Source: Acidocella sp.
Lineage (GTDB): Bacteria; Pseudomonadota; Alphaproteobacteria; Acetobacterales; Acetobacteraceae
Assembly: GCF_027352905.1 (NCBI RefSeq)
Contig: NZ_DAIEIF010000037.1
Span: 23,754 to 87,753 of the forward strand
Direction: 5' to 3'
Length of the DNA: 64,000 bases
The notes under the pieces: generated by a model
The model's database searches: none
Seen by the model: only the letters and a program-made list of their open reading frames with translations
What the model was told of the DNA's origin: nothing
Part shown: positions 18,439 to 29,337 of the stretch, in pieces
How the letters are laid out: each line of letters begins with the position of its first letter
Position numbering within the stretch: the stretch's first letter is position 1
Translations under genes and position numbers: made by a program

Positions 18439-19371
18439 TCAGAAATGCTTCCACCCCGGCGAGGCGAGGTCGAGCGGGGCACCATTTGGTCCCACCACCC
18501 TCACCCCCGCGCCGGGGCGGAACACGCCGATGCGCGTGACGGGCAAGAGGCCGCACGCCGCGCGCAGGGCCTCCCCACGTTCCGGTGGCACGGCGAGCAA
18601 TAATTCGTAATCATCGCCTCCGGTCAGGCGCGGCGCCAGATAATCCGGCCCCAGCGCGGCGGCGGCGGGCGAGGCGGGCACGCGCCCGGCCCAAAGCTCC
18701 GCCCCCAGGCCCGACCCCTCGCAAATATGGCCGAGATCCTGAACCAGACCATCCGAGACATCGATGGCGGCGGTCACCAGGCCGGCCAGAGACAATCCCA
18801 GCCGCGGTTCCGGCAGCAAAGAGCGCCGGGTCAGGTCGCCGGTGGGGTCGGCCAGCGCGCCGCGCCGCGCTTCCAGCCCCAGCGCCGCGTCCCCGATGGT
18901 GCCGGTAACCCAGATTTCATCGCCTGCCCGCGCCCCGTTGCGCGGCAGCGCCTCACCCGGCGCGACCGTGCCGATCAGCGTCGCGGTCAGGGAAATATCC
19001 ACGCGGGCGGAGGAGGAATCGCCACCCATGAGCCGGATGCCAAAGCGCCGCTGGTCCTCTCCCAGCCCCGCCGCGAACCGTTCCAGCCAGTCTTCTCCCA
19101 GCGAGGCCGGCAGGGCGGTGGTGAGCAGATAGCCGAGCGGCGCGGCGCCCATCGCCGCCAGATCAGAGAGATTGCGGCGCAGAAGCTTGCGCGCGATGAA
19201 GGCCGGATCGTCATGGGAGAAAAAATGCACGCTCTCCAGCATCTGGTCCACGGTGAGCACCAATTGCCGCCCCGGCGGAGGCATGAGCAAGGCGGCATCG
19301 TCCTTGAGTCCCAGCCCCGCCTCGCCCGCCAGCGGCGCGAAAAACCGGGCGATCCGGGCGAACTCATCCAT
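18439..19371 (-). CDS. thiL: Thiamine-monophosphate kinase
   Basis: MDEFARIARFF, DDAA, NLSDLAAMGA, GGD, IDVSDGLVQDLGHI, GGDDYELL. Confidence 0.96.
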   Translation of the reverse strand: MDEFARIARFFAPLAGEAGLGLKDDAALLMPPPGRQLVLTVDQMLESVHFFSHDDPAFIARKLLRRNLSDLAAMGAAPLGYLLTTALPASLGEDWLERFAAGLGEDQRRFGIRLMGGDSSSARVDISLTATLIGTVAPGEALPRNGARAGDEIWVTGTIGDAALGLEARRGALADPTGDLTRRSLLPEPRLGLSLAGLVTAAIDVSDGLVQDLGHICEGSGLGAELWAGRVPASPAAAALGPDYLAPRLTGGDDYELLLAVPPERGEALRAACGLLPVTRIGVFRPGAGVRVVGPNGAPLDLASPGWKHF

Positions 19372-19844
19372 CAGCGAGCGGAGGAGAATTCCGCCGGACG
19401 GAGCAGATGCGCCAGCCTGTCCAGCACGCCGTTGAGCAGGCGCGGCTCATCGCCGGAAAAAAACCCGTGCGCGACATCGAGATATTCATTGAGGACCACC
19501 TTGGCCGGGGGGCCGTCCGGCATCCATAATTCCGCCCCGCCCGCGCGCAGCGCCGCGCGCAGCACCGGGTCTAGCCGGGCCAGCGGCCAGGCTTCCGGCA
19601 GCGCCTGGACGATCATGCCATCCACCACGTCCTGCTGCTGGGCGGCGGTGCGGACGATGCGGGTGAAAAGAGGCACGTCCGCCTCGGGGACGCGGCCTTC
19701 CTCCAGCCCGCCTTGCCAGGGCAGCGCTCCCAGACGGTGGCGGACGAATTGATCGATCACCGTCTCCGGACTCATCTGAGCATGCTCGGCCTGGTAGAGC
19801 GCCTGCACGGCGGCGACGCGCGCCAGGGTGCGCGGGCGGCTCAT
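19371..19844 (-). CDS. nusB: Transcription antitermination factor NusB
   Basis: RTLARVAAVQALYQ, WPLARLDPVLRAALRAG, VVLNEYLDVA, NGVLD; canonical position after ribH. Confidence 0.96.
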   Translation of the reverse strand: MSRPRTLARVAAVQALYQAEHAQMSPETVIDQFVRHRLGALPWQGGLEEGRVPEADVPLFTRIVRTAAQQQDVVDGMIVQALPEAWPLARLDPVLRAALRAGGAELWMPDGPPAKVVLNEYLDVAHGFFSGDEPRLLNGVLDRLAHLLRPAEFSSAR

Positions 19845-20323
19845 GCGGGGTGGAACCGGCGCTTGAGCGCGATCTGCCTCAGGCAGGCCACGGCGGCCTC
19901 CGCGCCCTTATTCGCCCCGGTCTCGCGGGAGCGGGCATGGGCCTGGGCGAGCGTATCCACCGTGAGCAACCCAGTGCCGAGGCAGAGACGCCCGGCCACG
20001 GCCACGTTCATCAAAGCATCCATGGCGGCGGCGCAGACGAATTCGTAATGATCCGTCTCACCCCGGACGACGCAGCCAAGGGCGATATAGCCGTCGAACG
20101 GTTCCCGGCCCCCGGCCGCGATGGCCAGGGCCTGAGGCAATTCGAAGGCCCCCGCGACCTCGACGATCTGGAGTTTTGCCTTGACCTGAACGAAAATCTC
20201 CCGGGCGGCGTTCAGCATGCCATCCACCACCTCGCGGTAATAGGGCGCGCTGATGACGAGGATATGCGGGGGCGCGCCCGGCACGGGCGGCGCCACGGGC
20301 AAGGGCGCGTCTGCGGTGCTCAT
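19841..20323 (-). CDS. ribH: 6,7-dimethyl-8-ribityllumazine synthase
   Basis: VAGAFELP, DGYIALGCVVRGETDHYE, NKGAEAA. Confidence 0.96.
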   Translation of the reverse strand: MSTADAPLPVAPPVPGAPPHILVISAPYYREVVDGMLNAAREIFVQVKAKLQIVEVAGAFELPQALAIAAGGREPFDGYIALGCVVRGETDHYEFVCAAAMDALMNVAVAGRLCLGTGLLTVDTLAQAHARSRETGANKGAEAAVACLRQIALKRRFHPA

Positions 20324-20332
20324 GGCCGGGCC

Positions 20333-21469
20333 TTATTTCGGAAGGGCGCCGGCCAGGCCGCGCTGCTCAACAACGTTCAGCCCGTACCCGTCCAGCCCGA
20401 TGATATGGCGCTTGTGATTGGAAAGCAGGATCATGGTCTTGACCCCGAGATCGAGGAGGATCTGGGCGCCGATGCCGTAATCGCGCAATTCCTGGGTGGC
20501 GGCGGGACCATCCAGCAGCGCCCGCAGCCCGGCGGACATCGCCTTCTGCCGCGTCTCGCGCACGATGACGACGACGCCGCGCCCGGCCCTGCCGATCTCG
20601 CGCATCGCCTCGTGCAAGGCTTCCATATGCCCGCTGCCCAGCACGTCGCCGAGCAAATCCATGCCGTGCATGCGCACCAGCACCGGTTCCGGCCCCGAGA
20701 TATCACCCTTGAGGAGAGCCAGGTGCTCCAGCCCGTCCACCTTGCTCTCAAAGACGATCATCCGCCAGGAGCCGCCATCCCGGGCGGTGACATTGCCCTG
20801 CTCGGCGCGCTTGACCAGCTTCTCGTTGGTGCGGCGGTAGGCGATGAGATCGGCGATGGTGCCGAGCTTGATGTTATGGCGCTGGGCGAAGGCGACGAGT
20901 TCCGGCAGCCTTGCCATTGTGCCGTCATCATTGATGATCTCGCAGATAACCCCGGCGGGGATCAGCCCGGCCAGACGGGCGATATCAACCGCCGCCTCGG
21001 TATGGCCGGCGCGCACCAGCGTGCCGCCCTCCCGCGCCATCAGCGGGAAGATATGGCCGGGCGAGACGATGTCATTGCGGCCCAGCTCGGGATTGATCGC
21101 CACGGCGACGGTGCGGGCGCGGTCGGCGGCGGAAATGCCGGTGGAGACTCCCTCCTTCGCCTCGATGGAGATGGTGAAGGCGGTCTCATGGCGGGTGCCG
21201 TTGGCCTGGGTCATCAGCGGCAGGCCCAGTTGCTCGCACCGCGCCTTGGTCATCGCCAGGCAGACCAGGCCGCGCGCATGCTTGATCATGAAATTGATCG
21301 CGTCCGGCGTCGCGAATTGGGCGGGAATCACCAAATCGCCCTCATTTTCACGATCCTCGTCATCCACCAGGATGAAGATGCGCCCGGCGCGCGCCTCCTC
21401 GATGATTTCCGAGGCCGGGGAGATGTAATCGTGCAATCCCGCCGTGGCCAAATCCTTCAAGCCGTCCAT
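20333..21469 (-). CDS. ribB: DHBP synthase fused to a degenerate GTP cyclohydrolase II domain (RibBX type)
   Basis: VDDEDRENEGDL, TAFTISIEA, RAGHTEA. The C-terminal domain reads VRMHGMDLLGDVLG and lacks the GCH II zinc cysteines. Confidence 0.93.
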   Translation of the reverse strand: MDGLKDLATAGLHDYISPASEIIEEARAGRIFILVDDEDRENEGDLVIPAQFATPDAINFMIKHARGLVCLAMTKARCEQLGLPLMTQANGTRHETAFTISIEAKEGVSTGISAADRARTVAVAINPELGRNDIVSPGHIFPLMAREGGTLVRAGHTEAAVDIARLAGLIPAGVICEIINDDGTMARLPELVAFAQRHNIKLGTIADLIAYRRTNEKLVKRAEQGNVTARDGGSWRMIVFESKVDGLEHLALLKGDISGPEPVLVRMHGMDLLGDVLGSGHMEALHEAMREIGRAGRGVVVIVRETRQKAMSAGLRALLDGPAATQELRDYGIGAQILLDLGVKTMILLSNHKRHIIGLDGYGLNVVEQRGLAGALPK

Positions 21470-21526
21470 GATCAGCGTTCCTTTTCCCGCCGGCTGGCCC
21501 AGGGGGCGCGGCGGCTCAGAGTTCCT

Positions 21527-22141
21527 TCAACCCTTCTTAAATCCAAGCTGGCGGGCGAGATAGCGCGCCAGCATGTCGATTTCCACATTTACCCTATCCC
21601 CGGGCCGCAGGGCTGAAAAATTGGTGTTGGCGGCGGTGTGGGGAATGATGTTCACGCCGAACCGCGCGCCCTCCACCTCATTCACCGTAAGGGAGACGCC
21701 GTTCAAGGCGATGCTCCCCTTGGGCGCGACGAAGGGGGCAAGCTCCTCCGGCAGCTCGAACACCCAGCGCGTCGAGCCGTTTTCGGGCGTGGCGGAGACG
21801 ATCTCCGCGAGACCATCCACATGGCCGGAGACGAGATGGCCGCCCAATTCATCGCCCAGCCGCAGCGAGCCTTCCAGATTGACCAGCGTGCCCGGCGACC
21901 AGCCGCCTAGCGTGCTGCGGGCCAGGGTTTCCGCCGAGACCTCGACCGCGAACCAATCCTCTCCCGCCTCCACCACCGTCAGGCAGACTCCGGAACAGGC
22001 GATGGAGGCGCCCAGCCGCTTCTCCGCCCCGCGCCAGACGGCATTTTCCGGAGTGGCGATGGTGAACCGCGCGTCACGGCCCTCGCCGATCGGGGTGACG
22101 GCCTGGACCGTGCCGACGCCTGTGATAAGTCCGGTGAACAT
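21527..22141 (-). CDS. ribE: Riboflavin synthase
   Basis: MFTGLI, SIACSGVCLT, VNLE, GGHLVSGHVDG, KGSIALNGVSLTVN, IIPHT. True start at 22141. Confidence 0.96.
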   Translation of the reverse strand: MFTGLITGVGTVQAVTPIGEGRDARFTIATPENAVWRGAEKRLGASIACSGVCLTVVEAGEDWFAVEVSAETLARSTLGGWSPGTLVNLEGSLRLGDELGGHLVSGHVDGLAEIVSATPENGSTRWVFELPEELAPFVAPKGSIALNGVSLTVNEVEGARFGVNIIPHTAANTNFSALRPGDRVNVEIDMLARYLARQLGFKKG

Positions 22142-22151
22142 TTCAGATCCC

Positions 22152-23267
22152 TTAAATGGCGATGGAGGATGGCGTTTCAAAGCGCCGGAAATGGCTGAGC
22201 AGATCCTCGCCCAGCCGCTCACTGGCGACGAGCCGGAAACGCGGCGCCTCCGCCAGCGCGGCGAGGCCGAAGCCCTGGGCGGCGGGGTAACCGTCGCCGC
22301 CAATGACGCAAGGGGCGTGGAACCAGGCGAGCCGGTCCACCAGCCCGGCCCGCAGCAGGCCCGCCGCCAGCGTGCCGCCGCCCTCCGCCAGCACGCGCGT
22401 GAGGCCGTGCGCGGCCAGCGCGCGCATCCCCGCCGCCAGATCCACCCCGGCGCGATCCGCGGGGAGTTCGATCAGCCGCGCTCCCGCCCCGGCCAGCGCC
22501 TTGGCCCGCAGCCGGTCCGCCCCGTCACGGTGGAGAATCCAGAGGGGGTCGCGCCCGGCACTCCGCACCAGCTGAGAGAGGAGCGGCGTGCGCAGATGGC
22601 TGTCCACAACCACCCGCACCAGCGGCGCGGCGCGAAACCCCTCGATCCGGCAGGTGAGTTCCGGGTCGTCGGCCAACACCGTGCCCACCCCGGCCAGCAC
22701 CGCGTCGTGCCGCCCGCGCAGCCGGTGCGCGGCCAGCCGGGCACGCCCTCCGGTGATCCATTTCGATTCGCCGGCGGCGGTAGCGATGCGCCCATCCAGA
22801 GAGGTGGCGAGCTTCAGCCGCACCAAGGGCCGCCCGGCGCGCTGCACCAGGGCGAAGCCGGAGATCACCGCCTCGCATTCCGCCCTCAGCACGCCCGCGC
22901 TCACTTCCACCCCGGCGGCTTCCAGCCGGGCGAGCCCAGCCCCGTTCACGCGGGGATGCGGGTCCCGCGCCCCGATAACGGCGCGGCGAATGCCCGCTTC
23001 GATCAATCTTTCAGTGCAAGGCCCGGTTTTTCCGGTAAAATTGCACGGCTCCAGCGTGATGTAAGCCGTGCCGCCACGCGCCCGCTCTCCCGCCATGGCC
23101 AGGGCGGCGGCCTCCGCGTGCGGCCGCCCGCCCGGCGCGGTAAAGCCGCGCCCCACCACCATTCCATGATTGACGATCACGCAGCCGACGGAGGGGTTCG
23201 GCGCCGTCTGCCCCAGCCCCCTGCGGGCCAGGGCCAGGGCGGCGCGCATATGCGTCTCATCGCTCAT
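22152..23267 (-). CDS. ribD: Bifunctional riboflavin deaminase/reductase
   Basis: [44 protein letters not shown]. Confidence 0.97.
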   Translation of the reverse strand: MSDETHMRAALALARRGLGQTAPNPSVGCVIVNHGMVVGRGFTAPGGRPHAEAAALAMAGERARGGTAYITLEPCNFTGKTGPCTERLIEAGIRRAVIGARDPHPRVNGAGLARLEAAGVEVSAGVLRAECEAVISGFALVQRAGRPLVRLKLATSLDGRIATAAGESKWITGGRARLAAHRLRGRHDAVLAGVGTVLADDPELTCRIEGFRAAPLVRVVVDSHLRTPLLSQLVRSAGRDPLWILHRDGADRLRAKALAGAGARLIELPADRAGVDLAAGMRALAAHGLTRVLAEGGGTLAAGLLRAGLVDRLAWFHAPCVIGGDGYPAAQGFGLAALAEAPRFRLVASERLGEDLLSHFRRFETPSSIAI

Positions 23268-23746
23268 TCGCCGGAGGGGTCCGGCCGGGCGAGCGGCGCG
23301 CCCTCCATGTCGCCTAAAAATGTTTTGAAATCATCGGCTTCTCTGAAGTCTCGGTATACCGATGCGAAGCGGACATAGGCCACCGCGTCGATCTCTTTCA
23401 GCGCCTCCATCACCGCCGCGCCAATCGCGGTGCTGCTCACCTCGCCCTCTCCGCTCGCCTCCAGCTTGCGGACGATCCCGTTGACGATCCGCTCCTGCCG
23501 TTCCTCATCCACCGGGCGCTTGTTGAGCGCGACACGGATGGAGCGCGCCAGCTTGTCCCGGTCGAAGGCGACGCGGCGGCTGTCGGATTTCACTACCGTC
23601 AATTCCCGCAACTGCACCCGCTCGACAGTGGTGAAGCGCTGCCCGCAGCCGGCGCAGAAGCGGCGGCGGCGGATGGCGGCGCCATCCTCCGTTGGCCGGC
23701 TATCCTTCACCTGGGTATCGGCGGCTCCGCAATAGGGGCAACGCAT
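23264..23746 (-). CDS. nrdR: Transcriptional repressor NrdR
   Basis: [33 protein letters not shown]-cone, [13 protein letters not shown]. Confidence 0.97.
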   Translation of the reverse strand: MRCPYCGAADTQVKDSRPTEDGAAIRRRRFCAGCGQRFTTVERVQLRELTVVKSDSRRVAFDRDKLARSIRVALNKRPVDEERQERIVNGIVRKLEASGEGEVSSTAIGAAVMEALKEIDAVAYVRFASVYRDFREADDFKTFLGDMEGAPLARPDPSGE

Positions 23747-23758
23747 CCGCTCTCCGCA

Positions 23759-25057
23759 TTACCTGTAAATGGGGAAACGGGCGCAGAGCGCCTTGACCCG
23801 CCCCCCTACCGCCGCCTCGGCGGCGGCGTTGGTCCCGTCATTGGAGCGGGCGAGGCCATCCAGCACCTCGCCGATCATCCGCCCCACCTCCTTGAACTCG
23901 TCAATGCCGAAACCGCGGGTGGTGGCGGCGGGCGTGCCGAGGCGAATGCCGGAGGTGATGGCGGGCTTGGCGGGGTCGAAGGGAATGGCGTTTTTATTGG
24001 CGGTGATATGGGCGCGCTCGAGCGACGCCTCCGCCGCCTTGCCGGTGGTGTTCTTGGGCCGCAGATCCACGAGCATGAGATGGCAATCCGTGCCGCCGGT
24101 GACGATGGCAAGCCCCTCCGCCGCCAGCGCCGCCGCCAGTGCCCGGGCATTGGCGAGGACGGCCTTTTGATAGGCGGTGAAATCCGGGGTCAGCGCCTCG
24201 CCAAAAGCCACCGCCTTGGCGGCGATGACATGCATCAGCGGCCCGCCCTGCAGGCCGGGGAAGACCGCTGAGTTGATCTTCTTGGCGATCTGCTCGTCAT
24301 TGCACAGCACCATGCCGCCGCGCGGGCCGCGCAGCGTTTTGTGGGTGGTGGTGGTGACGACATGGGCGTGCGGCAGCGGCGTGGGGAAAATCCCCGCCGC
24401 CACCAGCCCGGCGAAATGGGCCATGTCCACCATGAAATACGCTCCCACCTCATCCGCCACCGCGCGGATGCGGGGAAAATCTATGGTGCGGGGATAGGCG
24501 GAGCCGCCGGCGATGATGAGTTTGGGCGTATGCTCGCGCGCCAGCCGCTCCAGCTCCTCGTAATCGAGCAAGCCATCCTCCCGCCGCACGCCATATTGCA
24601 CGGCGTTGAACCATTTGCCGGAGAGGTTGGGGGCGGCGCCATGGGTGAGATGCCCGCCCGCCGCGAGCGACATGCCGAGAATGGTGTCGCCGGGCTGGAG
24701 CAGGGCCAGCAGCACCGCCTGGTTGGCCTGGCTGCCGGAATTGGGCTGGACATTGGCGAAGCCGCAATCAAACAGCTTGCAGGCGCGGCTGATGGCGAGG
24801 CTCTCCGCCTCGTCGGAGGGGCCGCAGCCGCCATAATAGCGTTTGCCGGGATACCCCTCCGCGTATTTATTGGTGAAAACCGAGCCCTGGGCGGCGAGGA
24901 CGGCGGCGGAGACGATATTCTCGGAGGCGATCAGCTCGATGCCGTCCTGCTCGCGCGCCAATTCGCGGCCGATGATGGCGGCGAGTTCCGGGTCCACCTC
25001 CGTCAGAGGCGCGGTGAAAAAGCGGTGCAAACGCGGGGCGAGGGTTTGGTCGTTCAT
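23759..25057 (-). CDS. glyA: Serine hydroxymethyltransferase
   Basis: [58 protein letters not shown]. Confidence 0.98.
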   Translation of the reverse strand: MNDQTLAPRLHRFFTAPLTEVDPELAAIIGRELAREQDGIELIASENIVSAAVLAAQGSVFTNKYAEGYPGKRYYGGCGPSDEAESLAISRACKLFDCGFANVQPNSGSQANQAVLLALLQPGDTILGMSLAAGGHLTHGAAPNLSGKWFNAVQYGVRREDGLLDYEELERLAREHTPKLIIAGGSAYPRTIDFPRIRAVADEVGAYFMVDMAHFAGLVAAGIFPTPLPHAHVVTTTTHKTLRGPRGGMVLCNDEQIAKKINSAVFPGLQGGPLMHVIAAKAVAFGEALTPDFTAYQKAVLANARALAAALAAEGLAIVTGGTDCHLMLVDLRPKNTTGKAAEASLERAHITANKNAIPFDPAKPAITSGIRLGTPAATTRGFGIDEFKEVGRMIGEVLDGLARSNDGTNAAAEAAVGGRVKALCARFPIYR

Positions 25058-25515
25058 GGCGCAGGCTCCGTGATCCGGGTGAGCTTGGCGAGGCGGCGCT
25101 CATGCCGCCCGCCCTCGAAAGGGGTGGCGAGAAAGGCGCGCAGAATGTCGAGGGCCACCTCCTCACCGATGATGCGCGCGCCCAGCGCCAGCACGTTGGC
25201 GTTGTTATGGGCGCGGGTGAGGCGAGCGGTGGTGACATCATGCGCCAGCCCGCAGCGTATGGCGGGGTGGCGGTTGGCGGCGATGGACATGCCTATGCCC
25301 GTGCCACAGACTAGAATGCCGAAATCCGCGCGGTTTTCCGCCACCGCGGCGCAGACCGCCTGGGCGTAATCCGGGTAATCGACACTGGCCGGACCGTCCG
25401 TGCCGTAATCCTGCACCTCATGCCCGGCCTCCACCAGCGCGGCCGCCAGCCGGGTTTTCAGCGCCACACCGCCATGGTCGGCGCCCAGGGCGAGAATCAG
25501 GGAACGGGAGGTCAT
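25054..25515 (-). CDS. rpiB: Ribose-5-phosphate isomerase B
   Basis: [45 protein letters not shown]. Confidence 0.96.
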   Translation of the reverse strand: MTSRSLILALGADHGGVALKTRLAAALVEAGHEVQDYGTDGPASVDYPDYAQAVCAAVAENRADFGILVCGTGIGMSIAANRHPAIRCGLAHDVTTARLTRAHNNANVLALGARIIGEEVALDILRAFLATPFEGGRHERRLAKLTRITEPAP

Positions 25516-25618
25516 GCCGGTTCTGTATCATGGCCGGGCCGGGCATGAAACCATGCCTTGCGGCATTGCTGGACCTGGAGACACTCCCCCCGTCGCGCCG
25601 GCGGTTGGTTTGGGCTAG

Positions 25619-26623
<1,005 letters not shown>

Positions 26624-26626
26624 GCG

Positions 26627-27340
26627 TTACACCCTGCCGGTAAGGGCGGCGCGCACTATGGCGAGCCGGTCCAGCGTGCCGCGCGGGCGGGGCGCGGGAT
26701 GGCGCAGATCCCGCCTCACCAGCGCGGCGGGAGCCCAGGCGGCGAAGGCGGCGCGCGGCGGCCGCGCCGCTAGCAGCGCCAGCGCCTCCTCTTTCAAAAC
26801 CGCCGCGGGGGTGCCATCCGCCGGCAGCAGGGAGCGCCCCTGCCGGGCGAGGAAGGGCGCCGCCCGCAATATCCCGGCAATCGCGTAGGCGGTGCCCAAA
26901 TCCTCGATGGCGGCGCTATCCTCGCCGAGAATTTTCCCGGCGGCCCGCGCCAGCCGCCCGCCCGTGCTCCGCGCATAGGCGAGAAAGGCGGCAAGATCGG
27001 CCGGGCTGTCCTCCGCCTCCGCCGCGCGCGCGCCGACCAGCGCCAGCAAATCCTCGCGGGGCAGATCCCCCGCCGCCAGGGCCGCCGAAAGCGGCGTGGC
27101 TAATTCATGCGGCTTTTCAATCCCTTCCACCACCTCTCGCCACCATTGCAGACGAATCAGCGCCAGCACCGGGTTGCTCGCCACCTCCCGTGCCCGGGCG
27201 AGTTCATGATTGAAAAGATACAGCAAAGCGAGTCCTCCCCGCCGTGCGGGCGGGGCGAACAGCGTGGCGAAATACCGGTCCGGATCGGCCCGGCTCAGGC
27301 GACGCAAAAGCGCCGCGTCGCTTGACGCAAGCATGAACAC
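26627..27340 (-). CDS. Squalene/phytoene synthase-fold protein (NDUFAF6-like)
   Basis: DPDRYFATLFAP, LYLFNHELAR, LIRLQWWRE; no DxxxD motifs. Confidence 0.8.
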   Translation of the reverse strand: MFMLASSDAALLRRLSRADPDRYFATLFAPPARRGGLALLYLFNHELARAREVASNPVLALIRLQWWREVVEGIEKPHELATPLSAALAAGDLPREDLLALVGARAAEAEDSPADLAAFLAYARSTGGRLARAAGKILGEDSAAIEDLGTAYAIAGILRAAPFLARQGRSLLPADGTPAAVLKEEALALLAARPPRAAFAAWAPAALVRRDLRHPAPRPRGTLDRLAIVRAALTGRV

Positions 27341-27382
27341 TCCATAGCTAATCGTCGCGGCGAAACAATTGGAGAGTTAAAC

Positions 27383-27982
27383 ATGGCGTTCGAACTGCCT
27401 CCCCTCCCTTACTCCACCTCCGCTCTGGCCAGCGCGGGCATGTGCCAGGAAACGCTGGAACTTCACCACGGCAAACATCACCAAGCCTATGTGACCGCGC
27501 TTAACGGCTTCGTCGAAAAAAACCCCGAGCTTCAGGGCAAGTCGCTCGAGGAAATCGTTAAATCCACCTATAACAAGGCGGATATGGCACCGGTTTTCAA
27601 TAATGCCGGCCAGCATTGGAACCATATCCTGTTCTGGCAGCATCTTTCCCCCACCGGCGGCAAAATTCCTGGCAAGCTGGAGAAGAAGATCAAGGAAGAC
27701 CTCGGCTCCGTCGACGCCTTCAAAGAGGCGTTCAAGGCGGCGGCGATCGGCCAGTTCGGCTCCGGCTGGGCTTGGCTGGTGCTAGCGCCGGACGGGAAGC
27801 TGAAGATCACCAAGACCCCGAACGGCTCCAACCCGCTCGCCACCGGCGAGGGAGAGGTGCTGCTGGCCCTCGATGTGTGGGAGCACAGTTATTATCTGGA
27901 TTTCCGCAATCGCCGCCCGGATTACATCACCAATTTCTTGGAAAAGCTGGCAAATTACGAATTCGCCGAATCCCGGCTCTAA
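27383..27982 (+). CDS. sodB: Superoxide dismutase, Fe-type signature
   Basis: HHGKHHQAYV, FNNAGQHWNH, FGSGWAWL, TPNGSNP (no Mn-type NQD), DVWEHSYY. Confidence 0.93.
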   Translation: MAFELPPLPYSTSALASAGMCQETLELHHGKHHQAYVTALNGFVEKNPELQGKSLEEIVKSTYNKADMAPVFNNAGQHWNHILFWQHLSPTGGKIPGKLEKKIKEDLGSVDAFKEAFKAAAIGQFGSGWAWLVLAPDGKLKITKTPNGSNPLATGEGEVLLALDVWEHSYYLDFRNRRPDYITNFLEKLANYEFAESRL

Positions 27983-27991
27983 CCTCTATTT

Positions 27992-28020
27992 CCCGCGTCC
28001 CGCCTTGGGTTGGACGCGGG
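27992..28020. terminator. Hairpin between convergent sodB and dnaN
   Basis: CCCGCGTCC-N11-GGACGCGGG; no U-tract on either strand. Confidence 0.5.
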
Positions 28021-28104
28021 CCCCTGGCGGGCCCCGCCTCGCATGCCAGCCTCCCCGAGAGGCCGGACCAGCCAATCACGCAACCAAAACAAGCGCCAGA
28101 TTCG

Positions 28105-29229
28105 TTATACCCGCATGGGCATCAGCACATAAATGGCTGAGCTGTCATTCTGGTCTCGCACGAGAGTCGGCGCGGCACCATCGGCGAAGGCAAATTCCAC
28201 TTTTCCTTTGATCTGCTCGGTCACGTCCGAGAGATAGCGCGCCTGGAACCCGATTTCCAATGGTCCGGCCTGATATTCGACCAGATCGCCTCCCAGCTCT
28301 TCAGAGGCGGAACCTTGCTCGGCCGAGGCGGCGGAGATCACCAGCAGCTCTTTGGCCAAAGATAATTTCACCGGGCGGTTGCGCTCCGCCGAGATCGCCG
28401 AAACCCGCCCCACCGCGTCGTTGAAATCCTTTTTCTCAACGCGCAAGATTTTGTCGTTTCCGCGCGGGATGACCCGGTCGTAATCCGGAAAGGTCCCGTC
28501 AATCAGCTTGCTGGTCAGCCGTAGCCCGCCCAGGGTGAAGCGAATGCGCGTCTCGGAGAGCGCCACCTCCACCTCGCCGCTCGCCTCATCCAGAAGCTTG
28601 CGCAATTCCGTCACCGTCTTGCGCGGCACGATGATGCCCGGCATGCCCGCCGCCCCCTCCGGCAGGGCTTCCTCCACCCGGGCCAGACGGTGGCCATCCG
28701 TCGCCACGGCGCGCAGCGCCGGTCCATCCTCGCCCTCGGCGGCGTGGAGATAGATGCCGTTGAGATAATAACGGGTCTCCTCGGTGGAGATGGCGAAGCG
28801 CGTACGGTCGATCAACCCGCGCAGTTCCGCGGCGGGCAGGATGAAATGATGGGTGAGCTTGCCGGCGTCCAGCTTGGGAAAATCGTCCACCGGCAGCGCG
28901 ACCAGATGCGTCGTGTAGCGCCCGGCCCGCAAGGTCAGCTGGGCCTCGCCCCCGCCATGGTCGAGTTCGATTATCGCGTTATCCGGCTGGCGGCGGACGA
29001 TCTCATAAAGAGTGGCCGCCGGGGCGGTGATCGCGCCGTCGCGGATGGTCTCGGCGGGCACCTCCTCGACCAGGCCGATCTCGAGATCGGTCGCGGCGAT
29101 GGTCAGGCGGCCCTCCCGCACGGAAAGCAGAACATTGGCGAGAATGGGAATGGTGTTGCGCTTTTCCACCACGTTCTGCACATGGGCAAGAGATTTCATC
29201 AGCGTGGCGCGATCGGCCTTGAACTTCAT
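28105..29229 (-). CDS. dnaN: DNA polymerase III beta clamp
   Basis: VVEKRNTIPILANVL, ATDLE, ISTEETRYYLNG, ATDGHRLA, SKLIDGTFPDY, VLMPMRV. Confidence 0.98.
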   Translation of the reverse strand: MKFKADRATLMKSLAHVQNVVEKRNTIPILANVLLSVREGRLTIAATDLEIGLVEEVPAETIRDGAITAPAATLYEIVRRQPDNAIIELDHGGGEAQLTLRAGRYTTHLVALPVDDFPKLDAGKLTHHFILPAAELRGLIDRTRFAISTEETRYYLNGIYLHAAEGEDGPALRAVATDGHRLARVEEALPEGAAGMPGIIVPRKTVTELRKLLDEASGEVEVALSETRIRFTLGGLRLTSKLIDGTFPDYDRVIPRGNDKILRVEKKDFNDAVGRVSAISAERNRPVKLSLAKELLVISAASAEQGSASEELGGDLVEYQAGPLEIGFQARYLSDVTEQIKGKVEFAFADGAAPTLVRDQNDSSAIYVLMPMRV

Positions 29230-29337
29230 GACACCCTTCCAGACACTACCGAATCCCTGAATTTTTTGGACCGATTCGGGTTCCAGACTAGCAAGGGGAC
29301 CATCCGGTGGAAAGCCGCGACCGAGCGAAACCGGCCT

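Noticed and set aside
19850-23378. 588-aa and 601-aa plus-strand ORFs
   Set aside because: Antisense to ribH/ribB/ribE/ribD, which carry clear family motifs.
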